DNA of 64,000 bases from Bacteroidota bacterium (lineage in GTDB: Bacteria; Bacteroidota; Bacteroidia; 2-12-FULL-35-15): contig CANFLQ010000004.1 of the NCBI GenBank assembly GCA_947447995.1, positions 2,268 to 66,267 of the forward strand. The letters are read 5' to 3'. The stretch's first letter is position 1. Each line of letters begins with the position of its first letter. This document shows positions 28,286 through 38,194 of the stretch, piece after piece. The translations under genes were made by a program, and so were the position numbers. Under the pieces are notes generated by a model that was given only the letters and a program-made list of their open reading frames with translations, made no database searches and was not told the origin of the DNA.

Positions 28286-28729
28286 ATGAAATACGATGTA
28301 ACTGATGAAGCATTAATAAAAGCAAGCCCATCGGCTGTTTTTAATGCTATAATTGATGTGTATGATGGAAAAAATAATTGGTGGATGCCATTTGTTTCTT
28401 CAAAACTTAGTCAGGGAAATTCAAGTGCCAACTTGGGTTCAGAGTATAAAGTAACCATTCATGGTAAAACTCCAATTTCCTTTGTAACAAAAACAATTGA
28501 AATAAAACCAAATGAAACAATCCGTTTACATTACATAAAAGGGGCATACATAGGGGAAGGGCTTTGGGAATTTAAACAAATAGGCAATACAACCAAAGTT
28601 GTTTTCAGATGGCGTACAAGTTCAAATACTTTATTATTAAAACTTATAGCACCTTTTTTTCCAATTGCAAAAACGCATTCTGCTGTTATGCAAAAGGGAT
28701 TTAAAAATCTTAAAAATTTATTGGAGTAA
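28286..28729 (+). CDS. SRPBCC (START/polyketide-cyclase-like) family protein
   Basis: 147 aa. The N-terminal ..SPSAVFNAIIDVY.. pattern and the size are typical of the family. Weak motif-level call. Confidence 0.6.
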   Translation: MKYDVTDEALIKASPSAVFNAIIDVYDGKNNWWMPFVSSKLSQGNSSANLGSEYKVTIHGKTPISFVTKTIEIKPNETIRLHYIKGAYIGEGLWEFKQIGNTTKVVFRWRTSSNTLLLKLIAPFFPIAKTHSAVMQKGFKNLKNLLE

Positions 28730-28748
28730 TAATTTTATTAAACGAAGT

Positions 28749-28968
28749 TCAACTATTTGATTCTGTTGTTTTTCCATCAAACTCAACTTCTTGTTCTTCC
28801 GCCACATACTTCATACTCATTGCTATCTATAATGCACTTTCCGTTGCCACTCTCAAACCTAAAAAATGGATCATTGTCGTGATGAATTTCGGCTCCTATT
28901 TCTTCCAATGGTTTTAAATTCATTAACACCAATTGGCTGTGGGTTGTCATGAAATTTGAAAACAACAA
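28749..28968 (-). pseudogene. cupin-domain gene remnant (internal deletion with frameshift)
   Basis: The 61-aa ORF has the N-half of a small cupin (LKPLEEIGAEIHHDNDPFFRFESGNGKCIIDSNEYEV) and then stops. A different frame immediately continues AEEQEVEFDGKTTESNS*, which resembles the usual C-terminal tail of these cupins. The second cupin motif is missing. Confidence 0.45.
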
Positions 28969-29008
28969 AAATTTTAAAGTGTTAGTGGGGAGAAATTTAA
29001 AACTTTAG

Positions 29009-29043
29009 AATGGTGAATTAAGACGAATTCTTAATTCACCATT
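29009..29043 (-). terminator. perfect 15-bp stem, 5-nt loop hairpin downstream of the DUF853 gene
   Basis: AATGGTGAATTAAGA cgaat TCTTAATTCACCATT, ~90 nt past the stop at 29132. Only a weak U-tract follows on the minus strand. Confidence 0.4.
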
Positions 29044-29131
29044 GCGCCCCGCTAAAATCTCCTATAGAATGCGTTCCACCTGAAAATAAATTTTTTACGC
29101 TATTATTTTAATACCAACTAATTATTTCGTC

Positions 29132-30691
29132 TTAAAAAAAGCTTCCCTTTTTTTTGCGCGACGATGTAGATTTTCCCATCAATACACCTAAAAGCCCGCG
29201 AGTAATTTCCTTAAAAATTGTTTTAGTTACACTGCTGTTGGCAATTGCTTTTATGGTGTCTGTTACTCCCGATTGTTTTTCTTCTGTAACAGTTATCTGA
29301 CGTTGAGTAGTAGTTACTGTTTCCGTTTCTTCAACAGCAGCAGCTATTTTTTCATTCAATATTTCGTAAGCACTGTGTCGGTCAATTTCTTCATTATAAA
29401 TTTTGGCAATTTTTGAATTGGCCACTTTTTCGTCCTGCTCTGCCGGCGTAAGCACATCCATGCGCGATTGCGGTGCACACATCATTGTATGTACTAACGG
29501 AGTTGGTATACCTTTTTCATTTAATACAGTAACCAATGCTTCACCAATACCCAATTCAGTAATTAAATCTTCTGTTTTATAAAAATCAGAACTAGGAAAA
29601 TTTTCGGCAACCAATTTAATTGCTTTTCTATCTTTAGCTGTAAATGCACGTAATGCGTGTTGTATTTTTGTACCTAATTGACTCAATATTGTATCTGGTA
29701 TATCTGTTGGAGCTTGTGTGCAAAAATAAATTCCTACGCCCTTGCTCCGTATTAATTTAATGATGGTTTCCAGTTGTTGTAACAATGCTTTTGATGCTTC
29801 TTTAAAAATAAGATGTGCTTCATCAATAAATATTACCAATTTAGGTTCGCCTTTATCCCCAATTTCAGGGAACTTACTGTAAATTTCGGCAAGCAAACAA
29901 AGCATAAATGTGGAAAACAATTTTGGTTTATCCTGTATATCTGTTAAACGCAATATGTTAATATATGCTTTGCCATCGCTTCCTTTTTGCAATAGATCTT
30001 CTACTTCAAATGATTTTTCTCCAAAAAACAAATCTCCGCCTTGCTGCTCCAACTCTAATATTTTACGCATAATAACACCAGCCGAAGCGGGCGAAATGGA
30101 ACCATAATTTTGTTCTATTTCTTTTTTACCTTCTCCGTCCGAAAGGTGTTGCAGCGTTGCTCTAAAATCTTTAATGTCGAGCAAGGGCATTTTTTTATCA
30201 TCACAATATTTAAAAATAATAGCAATAGCACCTTCTTGATTTTCGTTTAATTCAAGAATTTTAGAAAAAAGTACTGGCCCAAATTCTGAAATGGTTGCTC
30301 TAAGTCGTACTCCTTTTTCTTTAGATATTGTCATCAATTCGGTTGGATATTCACTAGCCACCCAAGGCGCACCAATCAATTCCATACGTTCCTTTATTAT
30401 TGGATTTAACGTACCAGCTTTAGATATTCCACTAATATCACCTTTAATATCCATTAGTAATACGTTTACGCCTTGCTCCGATAATGCCTCGGCAAAGCGT
30501 TGTATGGTTTTTGTTTTTCCAGTTCCTGTGGCACCTGCAATTAATCCATGTCGGTTAACAGTTGCTAATGGAAGTTCTACTGCTAATCCGCCTACCGCTT
30601 TTTTATCGTAAACAGGGCCTCCCAATAAAATACTTTTCCCTTTGAAATCAAATGAAGATTTGATTTGTTCTTTAAATTTTTCTACCGACAT
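29132..30691 (-). CDS. DUF853-family HerA-like P-loop ATPase (YjgR-like)
   Basis: Walker A GLIAGATGTGKTKT. Walker B-like LVIFIDEAH. The size (~520 aa) and overall pattern match the YjgR/DUF853 family. Confidence 0.85.
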   Translation of the reverse strand: MSVEKFKEQIKSSFDFKGKSILLGGPVYDKKAVGGLAVELPLATVNRHGLIAGATGTGKTKTIQRFAEALSEQGVNVLLMDIKGDISGISKAGTLNPIIKERMELIGAPWVASEYPTELMTISKEKGVRLRATISEFGPVLFSKILELNENQEGAIAIIFKYCDDKKMPLLDIKDFRATLQHLSDGEGKKEIEQNYGSISPASAGVIMRKILELEQQGGDLFFGEKSFEVEDLLQKGSDGKAYINILRLTDIQDKPKLFSTFMLCLLAEIYSKFPEIGDKGEPKLVIFIDEAHLIFKEASKALLQQLETIIKLIRSKGVGIYFCTQAPTDIPDTILSQLGTKIQHALRAFTAKDRKAIKLVAENFPSSDFYKTEDLITELGIGEALVTVLNEKGIPTPLVHTMMCAPQSRMDVLTPAEQDEKVANSKIAKIYNEEIDRHSAYEILNEKIAAAVEETETVTTTQRQITVTEEKQSGVTDTIKAIANSSVTKTIFKEITRGLLGVLMGKSTSSRKKKGSFF

Positions 30692-30772
30692 AATGTATAT
30701 TTATTAAAATTGTTATATTTTCTCAACGCTTTTTTATTTTTAATAAGGTTGGAATTAACTGTAAAGTTACTA

Positions 30773-31459
30773 TTATTTTTTTTCTGCTTTTTTCTGCTTT
30801 TGCTTTTTTATTTCTGATGAAATAGAATTCCTTATTTCATTAAAATATATTAATGTTTTAAAGGCATAAGTGGGCGAATTAAATTTTTCATTCAAGCGTT
30901 TATAATCGGTTATAATAAATCTAAAACCTATTCCAGCACCTATACCAAACCATTTTACTATTTTATATTCAATACCAACTGCTGGTTCGTATATAAAAAA
31001 TGTACCTTTTTCAATTATATTTTTTATACCCAAATTAGTGTATTGATAATACGTTTTGCCAATTCCAAATTGCAGCGGAATACTTAACTCCCATTTTTTA
31101 TTTTGATAATACACATATTCTATATATGCCGATATGTATTGCAATTTTAAAGAAGCAACTGAGCTATCGTTTTTATTGCTAGTAAAATATACTGTTTTTT
31201 CAAAATTTGTAGCCTTTGAATAAAGTTGATTGTATCCAATGCCAAACTGAAGTCGTTCGTTAAAATCAAGCCCTATTTTAATTCCAAATATTTTGGCTCT
31301 GCTGTTATCTATAAATGAATTTCTACTATCAAGTTTCCCTAATACATGCGGTTTGTGTTTTAAACAATCTTTTATGGTGTCAAAAGTTGGTTGTGCTTTG
31401 GCAGCACTATTTATGCTACAAAAACATATTAGGATATGTATGTAATATTGTTTTAACAC
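30773..31459 (-). CDS. hypothetical protein, possibly an outer-membrane beta-barrel
   Basis: GTG start. N-terminal hydrophobic signal. Alternating aromatic strands (GIGYNQLY, YIEYVYY, GIEYKIV). Lys-rich tail. Confidence 0.5.
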   Translation of the reverse strand: MLKQYYIHILICFCSINSAAKAQPTFDTIKDCLKHKPHVLGKLDSRNSFIDNSRAKIFGIKIGLDFNERLQFGIGYNQLYSKATNFEKTVYFTSNKNDSSVASLKLQYISAYIEYVYYQNKKWELSIPLQFGIGKTYYQYTNLGIKNIIEKGTFFIYEPAVGIEYKIVKWFGIGAGIGFRFIITDYKRLNEKFNSPTYAFKTLIYFNEIRNSISSEIKKQKQKKAEKK

Positions 31460-31593
31460 TTTACAAAGATAGTGATAGTAACAATGAACAGTAGTTTGTT
31501 GTTATTAAGTTAGAAACACAGTACTGTTTGTAATAATTATAATGGTTACTAAAATTGGTATTGATGGTAACTATTATTTTTACAACTTATCGA

Positions 31594-32064
31594 TTAAAAC
31601 GGAATGTTTAATTTATTATAAATAAAGTGCAATAACCAAAGTGGTCCTATTAAAAGAAATTGAAGATCTTTGAAGAATGATGGTTTTTTACCTTCAATGC
31701 CATGTCCAATAAATTGAAATATCCAGGCAATAACAAAAATTATTGTTGAAATTAGCCATAGCGGAGGTATTTGGAGTTTATCCAAATAATAATTTCCAGC
31801 GGTTACACCTACAGCAACAAATACCATCCCCAATGTTAAGCTAGATGATAATGTTTTATAATAAAATAATGCAATTAGTAAACCTAGGGTTCCAAAGTTA
31901 ACTGGAAAGTTGAATTGATTGAATGTTTCGGGAGTAGGGATTGACCATAATAATCCGATGATTGCAAACAAGATAGCAGGAACACAAATCCAATGAATTA
32001 GTTTATTGGTTTTGTTTTTATGACTTTCGCCATATTCAGCAAGTAATACATCCACTTTTTTCAT
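31594..32064 (-). CDS. DUF962 (Mpo1-like) membrane protein
   Basis: YGESHKNKTNKLIHWICVP and FQFIGHGIEGKKPSFF..L.FLLIGPLW are the family hallmarks. Four TM segments. Confidence 0.8.
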   Translation of the reverse strand: MKKVDVLLAEYGESHKNKTNKLIHWICVPAILFAIIGLLWSIPTPETFNQFNFPVNFGTLGLLIALFYYKTLSSSLTLGMVFVAVGVTAGNYYLDKLQIPPLWLISTIIFVIAWIFQFIGHGIEGKKPSFFKDLQFLLIGPLWLLHFIYNKLNIPF

Positions 32065-32094
32065 CTCTTAACTTTTTAAGTAATTTAATATTTT

Positions 32095-35000
32095 CTAATG
32101 GATAATTGTTAAAAACCCCTTTTCGGAATATTCTTGCCCATCAATTCCTTTTGCTTTCACTAAATAATAATAAGTACCATCATCTGCATTTTTACCATTG
32201 CTGTTACGTCCATCCCATTTACTATTTGGGGTACGCCCTTCATATAATTTATTTCCCCAGCGGTCGTAAATTTCTATATCAAAACTGGTAATTCCTGTGT
32301 GATTAATTTCAAAAAAATCGTTGTTGCCATCGCCATTTGGTGTAAATACATTGGATACAACCAGTTTGTATACAATTAATGTTGTTGTAGTTGTATCTGA
32401 ACATACATTATTGTTGCTTGCAATTAATTTAACAGTATAAATTTTTGGTATTTTATATGTGTGGGTAGCATTAGTAGTTGTATCAATAGCATCATCGCCA
32501 TAAATCCATTGATAAGTAGTTGCATTTTGACTGTTGTTGGTAAAGTTAATAAGTAATGGAGGTGTACCATTATCTTTGTCATTTGTAAATGTTGCAATAG
32601 GTTTTGCAACTGTTACAGTAACTTCCTGAGAAATTCCCGTGCAAGAACCTCCTTTTGAAATAGGCGTTACTGTATATGTTAATATTTCCTTATTTATAGT
32701 AGTATTTACAATTACATCATTAATAGTATCGTACATTTTTGGTGCAATAGATTCCCCTGTAAGAGAGGTATTGTCAGTTGTTAACCATAAATATGTAGCA
32801 GCAATATTGGCGGTTAATGCAATGTTTGGTGGTGTTCCATTGCCGCATATTAATTTAGCATTGATACTGGTCATGTTTGGATTTGGATTTACTGTTGCTT
32901 TAATAGTTTGCACAGTTCCAATGCAACTACCTATTGTAGCGGTGGGCGTTACGCTGTATGTAACTATTTGAGGTATTAATGTGTTGTTTGTAATACTATT
33001 AATTATTGTTGGTGTTGGCTGTGCCGATGTAAATTCACCATTTGTATTTGCATTATTGGCTGCAACCCATAAATATGCCGAAGGAACATTGGAAAGTAAC
33101 TTAATATTTAAGGGAATTCCGCTGCATATAACAACCGAATCAATACTTGTCATTTTTGGTTTAGGATTAACAGAAACCAATATTAGTTGTTGATCACTAA
33201 CACAAATACCAATAGTTGAAGTTGCCGTTGCGGTGTAGGTTACAATTTGAGTAGTAACGGTATCGTTAGTAAGTATATTATCAATAGTTTTATTTTTTTG
33301 CAAAGTAATTATTTCTCCCCCCACATGTTTAATATCATTTCCAATCCACGTATACGTTGAATTGACATTGGCAACCAATGTAAGTGTTGCATTTTGTTCA
33401 CTACAAATTTCAAGTGCAGAATCACTTGTTAATTTAGGTTTTGGATTTACTCTAACAGTTATTAATTGTGAATTTCCAGCACAACCTAAATTGGAGTTGG
33501 GGGTAATGGAATAGGTAAGTAATTGCCCTGCTGTTGAAATATTTGTTAATGTATTTGTTAATGTATTTGAAATGGTGGCAGTAACACTTTGTCCAGTTAT
33601 ATTGTTGTTGATGCTTGGGATCCAACTAAACGAGGAGGAAATATTGGTGGTTAAAGGAATATGAATAGCTGTTCCGCTGCATATCGATTGTGTGGCGTTG
33701 CTGCTTGTAATTACAGGTTTTGGATTTACGGTAACATCAATAAATTGAGATTTTCCGCGACAACCTTGCGGATTAGATGTAGGGGTAATTGTATAATTAA
33801 TGATTTGTGGAACAAGCGAGGTGTTTATCAATGCATCATTTATGGGGGAGCCTATTTTATTTCCTGTACTTTCTCCTTCTATATTTGAATTGTTGTTGTT
33901 TGTCCAAACGATAAGCGATAGCATATTTGCAGTTAATGGAACGCTTAGTGGGCTGCCGCTACAAATAGTTTTAGCCGTGATGGTATTGGTCATAATCGGT
34001 GCCGGATTAATGGTTACAGTAAACGTATGCGCCGTTGCCAAACATATTCCCGCTGCTGCAATGGTATTGGTAATGGCGTATGCGCCGCTTGGAGTATTGT
34101 TAATATCTATTTCACCTGTTTGATTACTTACAAAAACAACGCCAGCAGGGTTAGAAGTAAATATACCTGCGCTTGCTCCCACGGTGTATGTTGGCGAAGT
34201 AAAAGGTGTTGCTACTTGGCAATATGTTAATTTTGGATAGCTAAAAGTAGCATTGGGAGCAAGGGTAATGGTAATTTTAAAAGTGCTGGAATCAATACAA
34301 GTTCCGTTGGTTATATATGTAACATTATATGTACCAAGAGTACTTGCGGCCAAATTAAATTTACCTGTTGAGGCATCTAAAATAAGCCCCGTAGTAGATT
34401 TAAAAGTACCACCAATTAAACCTGTTACATGGGCAATAGTATCAGCTGTAGTATCGTTTTGACAGTAAGTAGATAGTGCGTAGTTGAATGTAGCATTATC
34501 GGAAGGACGAACAGTAACCGTTAAAACAAAAGGGATTCCAGAGCATCCGCTCAATGTTGGTGTAACAGTATATGTTACTGTTGATAAGTTATACGTAAGG
34601 TTGGTAAGCTTTTGGCTGATGCTGTCAATGGCTACTGCATTAGCGCTTCCGCCAGTTACTGTACCAGCAGGATTAACCGTTGGAGCCGACCAAATGTATT
34701 TTGTTCCCACAGGTATTTTTGTTGCTAAAGTTGGAATTCCATTTTGTGGTTTTATATTAAATATTTCTCTATTACAAATTACAGTAGCGGTGTTAGGTAT
34801 AGTTGATGGAGGCATTACTGTTGTTGCAAGGGTATCACCATTAGGAGCATTGGTACAACCGTTAGCAGTTGAAATAACTACATAGTTAACTTTAATTGCA
34901 CTCAATGTGGTATCGCTTAATGTTTCGTTAATATTTCCGTTACCGGAAGCTAAAATATTACTTACTCCTGCTACAGCAGCCCTATTCCACAAAAATGTAG

Positions 35001-36675
35001 TTCCCGATGTTGTACTTTCAGGAGTATAATTAAAAGGTTGATCGCTGCAAGCTGTTGTGTTTAAAGTACTTTTTAACGATGGTATGGGTTTTACAATCAC
35101 AAAACCTACTGCCGAACCAATTTTACCTGAAGTAGAGGATACATTGTAAGAAGTTGTAATTAAAGGTTTAACAGTTATTGATGCAGTAGTTTCGCCTGTG
35201 TCCCATAAGTATGAACTGCCTCCGCTGGCAGTGAGGGTTGCTGTTTCTCCAGGGCAAATTTCGGTGGAGTTTACTGTAATATCATTGGTGGACGCTTTGT
35301 TGGTAATTTGAAACCGCATATCGCACACTTCGTGTGCAAAACCGTCGTAAGCTATAAGATAGGTTGCAGAAGGGGAAGGAGTCCAAACAGCATTGATATT
35401 ATTATCGGTTTGAGAGCCGTTAACCGACGATCCGCCCGTTGCTCCACCAACACAATTTGCAACATCTCCACAAGTTACCCCTGGTGCATAAACAGATATT
35501 TGCGAACCTCTAGAACCATCGCCTCCAGTACAATTTTGTTGATATAATTGAAAAAAAGCATCTCCTGTCCAATTAGCAGGCACTGTCCACGAATACCAAA
35601 TAGTATTGTCCGCTTGTCCTAAACAAAGGTCGGGAGGGGTATCGCCATTTGCACTGTAAGTGGATACTAAATACAATTGTTCGGCATTTATTGGTTGAGC
35701 ATTTGCGCATAAATCATTTGCAGGAGGCGTTAAACCTACTGCACTTTTAGCGCAATAATCCGTACGAAATCCTGTTTGTGTTGAATTTTTTGTGAGTGTT
35801 GTTAAAATAAAATATTTTGTTCCAACAGATAAATTAGAAAAAGTAATACTTGCAAGTGAAGCGGCGGAATCGCTACCAACACACGTTAAATTACTGCAAT
35901 CGGTGGCATTTGCTGCTAAAAAAAGAGTGTATTCACGTAGGCTGTTTGCCCCTGTAACTTGGTTGGTAATTGAAACAGAATCATTATTAGCAATAAAAGT
36001 TGACCACGTTCCGTATTGATTGGTTTCATCATCTCCTCCGCAATAATTTACTCCCAAAGGGTGGTAATATCCAACTGGCAATACGGCATTATTAATTCTA
36101 TTGCCATTATCTGCACGGTTAAATTGTGATGGAACTTCACAGCTTAAATTATTGGGATGCACCACCTGTGCTTCACAAGGCGTTGAGCCTGGAATATAGG
36201 TGTCGGATACATTTATACAAAAGGTGCCAGTTGCACTTCCTGCTCCGTCAACGCGTATAAAATACGTGTTGCCGGCAACTAAAGAAGCCATATTGATAAT
36301 AGAATTATTTGCCACATTGGTTCCCCCATCATCATTACAACCAACTTGGGTTAGGTTACCTGTGCAGGTATTGTCGGATGTTGCGTAAACAGCAATTTGT
36401 GTATTGGTAAGTGATAGCCCTTGAACATCTGTAGTAACCGTCATTCCAGAAACGGTAGCTACAAATTTGTACCAAACATCGTTGCTTATTGCTGAGCCTC
36501 CCCAACAAGTGGGTACAAAAGCAACTTCACTAATTGTTGCGCCAATATTGGTTCCTTCGGTACAACCTAAACTAACACTGATGGGTGTTGCGTTGCAGAT
36601 GGAATCATTGTCGGGGTTAGCAAAAGCGATAAATTGTACTGATAAAAAGGAGAGTAAAAAAATAATTTTTTTCAT
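32095..36675 (-). CDS. giant T9SS type B (gliding-motility-associated C-terminal domain) surface protein with tandem PKD-like repeats
   Basis: Signal peptide. Two Cys-rich N-modules. At least 7 tandem ~90-aa repeats (NPKP.(M/I)TS....ICSG..L.I.L..N....Y.W). One classical PKD domain. C-terminal FTPNGDGNNDFF...WDG....G....DGTYYY, the CHU_C/type B sorting domain. Confidence 0.9.
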   Translation of the reverse strand: MKKIIFLLSFLSVQFIAFANPDNDSICNATPISVSLGCTEGTNIGATISEVAFVPTCWGGSAISNDVWYKFVATVSGMTVTTDVQGLSLTNTQIAVYATSDNTCTGNLTQVGCNDDGGTNVANNSIINMASLVAGNTYFIRVDGAGSATGTFCINVSDTYIPGSTPCEAQVVHPNNLSCEVPSQFNRADNGNRINNAVLPVGYYHPLGVNYCGGDDETNQYGTWSTFIANNDSVSITNQVTGANSLREYTLFLAANATDCSNLTCVGSDSAASLASITFSNLSVGTKYFILTTLTKNSTQTGFRTDYCAKSAVGLTPPANDLCANAQPINAEQLYLVSTYSANGDTPPDLCLGQADNTIWYSWTVPANWTGDAFFQLYQQNCTGGDGSRGSQISVYAPGVTCGDVANCVGGATGGSSVNGSQTDNNINAVWTPSPSATYLIAYDGFAHEVCDMRFQITNKASTNDITVNSTEICPGETATLTASGGSSYLWDTGETTASITVKPLITTSYNVSSTSGKIGSAVGFVIVKPIPSLKSTLNTTACSDQPFNYTPESTTSGTTFLWNRAAVAGVSNILASGNGNINETLSDTTLSAIKVNYVVISTANGCTNAPNGDTLATTVMPPSTIPNTATVICNREIFNIKPQNGIPTLATKIPVGTKYIWSAPTVNPAGTVTGGSANAVAIDSISQKLTNLTYNLSTVTYTVTPTLSGCSGIPFVLTVTVRPSDNATFNYALSTYCQNDTTADTIAHVTGLIGGTFKSTTGLILDASTGKFNLAASTLGTYNVTYITNGTCIDSSTFKITITLAPNATFSYPKLTYCQVATPFTSPTYTVGASAGIFTSNPAGVVFVSNQTGEIDINNTPSGAYAITNTIAAAGICLATAHTFTVTINPAPIMTNTITAKTICSGSPLSVPLTANMLSLIVWTNNNNSNIEGESTGNKIGSPINDALINTSLVPQIINYTITPTSNPQGCRGKSQFIDVTVNPKPVITSSNATQSICSGTAIHIPLTTNISSSFSWIPSINNNITGQSVTATISNTLTNTLTNISTAGQLLTYSITPNSNLGCAGNSQLITVRVNPKPKLTSDSALEICSEQNATLTLVANVNSTYTWIGNDIKHVGGEIITLQKNKTIDNILTNDTVTTQIVTYTATATSTIGICVSDQQLILVSVNPKPKMTSIDSVVICSGIPLNIKLLSNVPSAYLWVAANNANTNGEFTSAQPTPTIINSITNNTLIPQIVTYSVTPTATIGSCIGTVQTIKATVNPNPNMTSINAKLICGNGTPPNIALTANIAATYLWLTTDNTSLTGESIAPKMYDTINDVIVNTTINKEILTYTVTPISKGGSCTGISQEVTVTVAKPIATFTNDKDNGTPPLLINFTNNSQNATTYQWIYGDDAIDTTTNATHTYKIPKIYTVKLIASNNNVCSDTTTTTLIVYKLVVSNVFTPNGDGNNDFFEINHTGITSFDIEIYDRWGNKLYEGRTPNSKWDGRNSNGKNADDGTYYYLVKAKGIDGQEYSEKGFLTIIH

Positions 36676-36858
36676 ATATATATTAAATTTTAATTTTTGT
36701 ATGGAATATTTTTTATTGCGCTATGATTGCGCGCTAGCGTTCCAAAGATAGTTTTTTTCAAACAGGATTCTATTTTGTGCAACACAAAATAGAACAGAAA
36801 AAGCAATATCTCCAAATTGCATACACGAAATAGCGATACCAATGGTTGGGTTTTACAG

Positions 36859-36889
36859 TTGCTCAAATTATATTATTCAACTACCTTTG
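36859..36889 (+). promoter_or_regulatory. candidate promoter (-33 TTG / -7 TACCTTTG) of the sulfhydrylase gene
   Basis: TACCTTTG at 36882-36889 lies 24 nt upstream of ATG 36913. TTG at 36859-36861 lies 20 nt further upstream. Confidence 0.35.
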
Positions 36890-36912
36890 TTTTGTATTAG
36901 AACTAATTTTTT

Positions 36913-38094
36913 ATGAAAAAATATAAAAATTTTGAAACACAAGCGGTACGTACACAAACACCTCGTACTGCGCAAAAAGAGCATTCAACACCTATGTTTC
37001 TTACGTCCAGCTTTATGTTTGATGATGCTGAAGATATGAGAGCGATGTTTGCCGATGAAAAAACGGGGAATATATACAGTCGCTTTTCCAATCCCAATTT
37101 AACCGAGTTAATTGATAAAATGAATTTGCTGGAAGGTACCGAAGCTGGCTTAACCACAGCAACTGGTATGGCAGCTATTTTTACCACCTTTGCAGCTTTG
37201 CTTAATAGTGGCGATCATATACTTTCGTGCCGTTCTATATTTGGATCTACTCATACCGTATTTGGTAAATTTTTTCCAAAATGGAATATTACGCATACGT
37301 ATGTTGAAATAGATCAACCTGAAACATGGCAACAGTTTGTGAAAAAAGAAACTAAGATAGTGTATGTAGAAACTCCATCAAATCCGGGAATTGATATTCT
37401 TGATTTGGAGTGGTTAGGTACGTTTGCCAAACAAAATAAATTGATATTGGTGGTGGACAATTGCTTTGCTACACCTTACATCCAGCAACCTATTAAATAC
37501 GGGGCAGATATTGTTATTCATTCGGCAACTAAGTATTTAGACGGGCAAGGCAGAGTAATGGGAGGAACTGTTAATGGTAGAAAAGACCTTATCGATCAAA
37601 TCAAAGCATTTGCTCGCAGTACTGGTCCGGCAATGTCGCCATTCAATGCATGGGTAATTTCAAAAAGTTTGGAAACATTGTCTATCCGTATGGAAAAACA
37701 TTCTGAAAACGCATTTGAGCTTGCAAAAGTATTGGAAAAAAATCAAGAGATAGAATTGGTGAAATATCCGTTTTTAGAATCCCATCCACAATATGCCATT
37801 GCTAAAAAGCAAATGCGATTGGGTGGAGGTATTGTAACCTTTCTTGTAAAAGGTGGAGTAGAGCAAGGTCGTAAATTTATGGACGCATTGCAGATGTGTT
37901 CTATATCTGCCAACTTGGGCGATACACGCACCATTGCAACACATCCTGCCTCATCAACGCATGCAAAACTAACCGAAGCGGAACGAGTGGAAGTTGGAAT
38001 ACTTCCAGGCCTTGTTCGTATATCTGTTGGCTTGGAACATATTGATGATATTGTTGCCGATATTGAACAAGCGTTGAAAGCAAGTACTAAATAA
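36913..38094 (+). CDS. Cys/Met-metabolism PLP-dependent enzyme (O-succinyl/O-acetylhomoserine sulfhydrylase-like)
   Basis: 393 aa. SATKYLDGQG PLP-lysine motif. N-terminal T.AVR....R....EHS.P.FLTSSF. Typical of the MetZ/MetY/MetB family. Confidence 0.88.
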   Translation: MKKYKNFETQAVRTQTPRTAQKEHSTPMFLTSSFMFDDAEDMRAMFADEKTGNIYSRFSNPNLTELIDKMNLLEGTEAGLTTATGMAAIFTTFAALLNSGDHILSCRSIFGSTHTVFGKFFPKWNITHTYVEIDQPETWQQFVKKETKIVYVETPSNPGIDILDLEWLGTFAKQNKLILVVDNCFATPYIQQPIKYGADIVIHSATKYLDGQGRVMGGTVNGRKDLIDQIKAFARSTGPAMSPFNAWVISKSLETLSIRMEKHSENAFELAKVLEKNQEIELVKYPFLESHPQYAIAKKQMRLGGGIVTFLVKGGVEQGRKFMDALQMCSISANLGDTRTIATHPASSTHAKLTEAERVEVGILPGLVRISVGLEHIDDIVADIEQALKASTK

Positions 38095-38107
38095 GTAAAC
38101 GTTTTAC

Positions 38108-38139
38108 AAAAAAACTGCCCTAGTTTAGGCAGTTTTTTT
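38108..38139 (+). terminator. rho-independent terminator, possibly bidirectional
   Basis: AAAAAACTGCC ctagttta GGCAGTTTTTTT, 14 nt after the stop at 38094. The A-run on the other side would also serve the convergent aroQ. Confidence 0.7.
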
Positions 38140-38194
38140 GTCATTTCTAGGGTAGAAATTCTATCTAGTTTTATATAAAGCTAAATCTTTAAAA

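Noticed and set aside
32106-36751. About a dozen short ORFs on both strands overlapping the 1526-aa type B T9SS gene
   Set aside because: All lie within or antisense to the giant ORF. Repeat-rich DNA readily yields open antisense frames, and none has a motif or a sensible start context.
36676-36912. SAM-I (S-box) riboswitch upstream of the Met-pathway gene
   Set aside because: I could not find the conserved core strings or a four-way junction arrangement. The leader after the candidate -7 box is only ~24 nt. This was not checked with a covariance model.
36903-38144. Minus-strand ORFs 36903-37187, 37150-37332, 37743-38144 and 37901-38083
   Set aside because: They are antisense to the clearly recognisable PLP-dependent sulfhydrylase gene.
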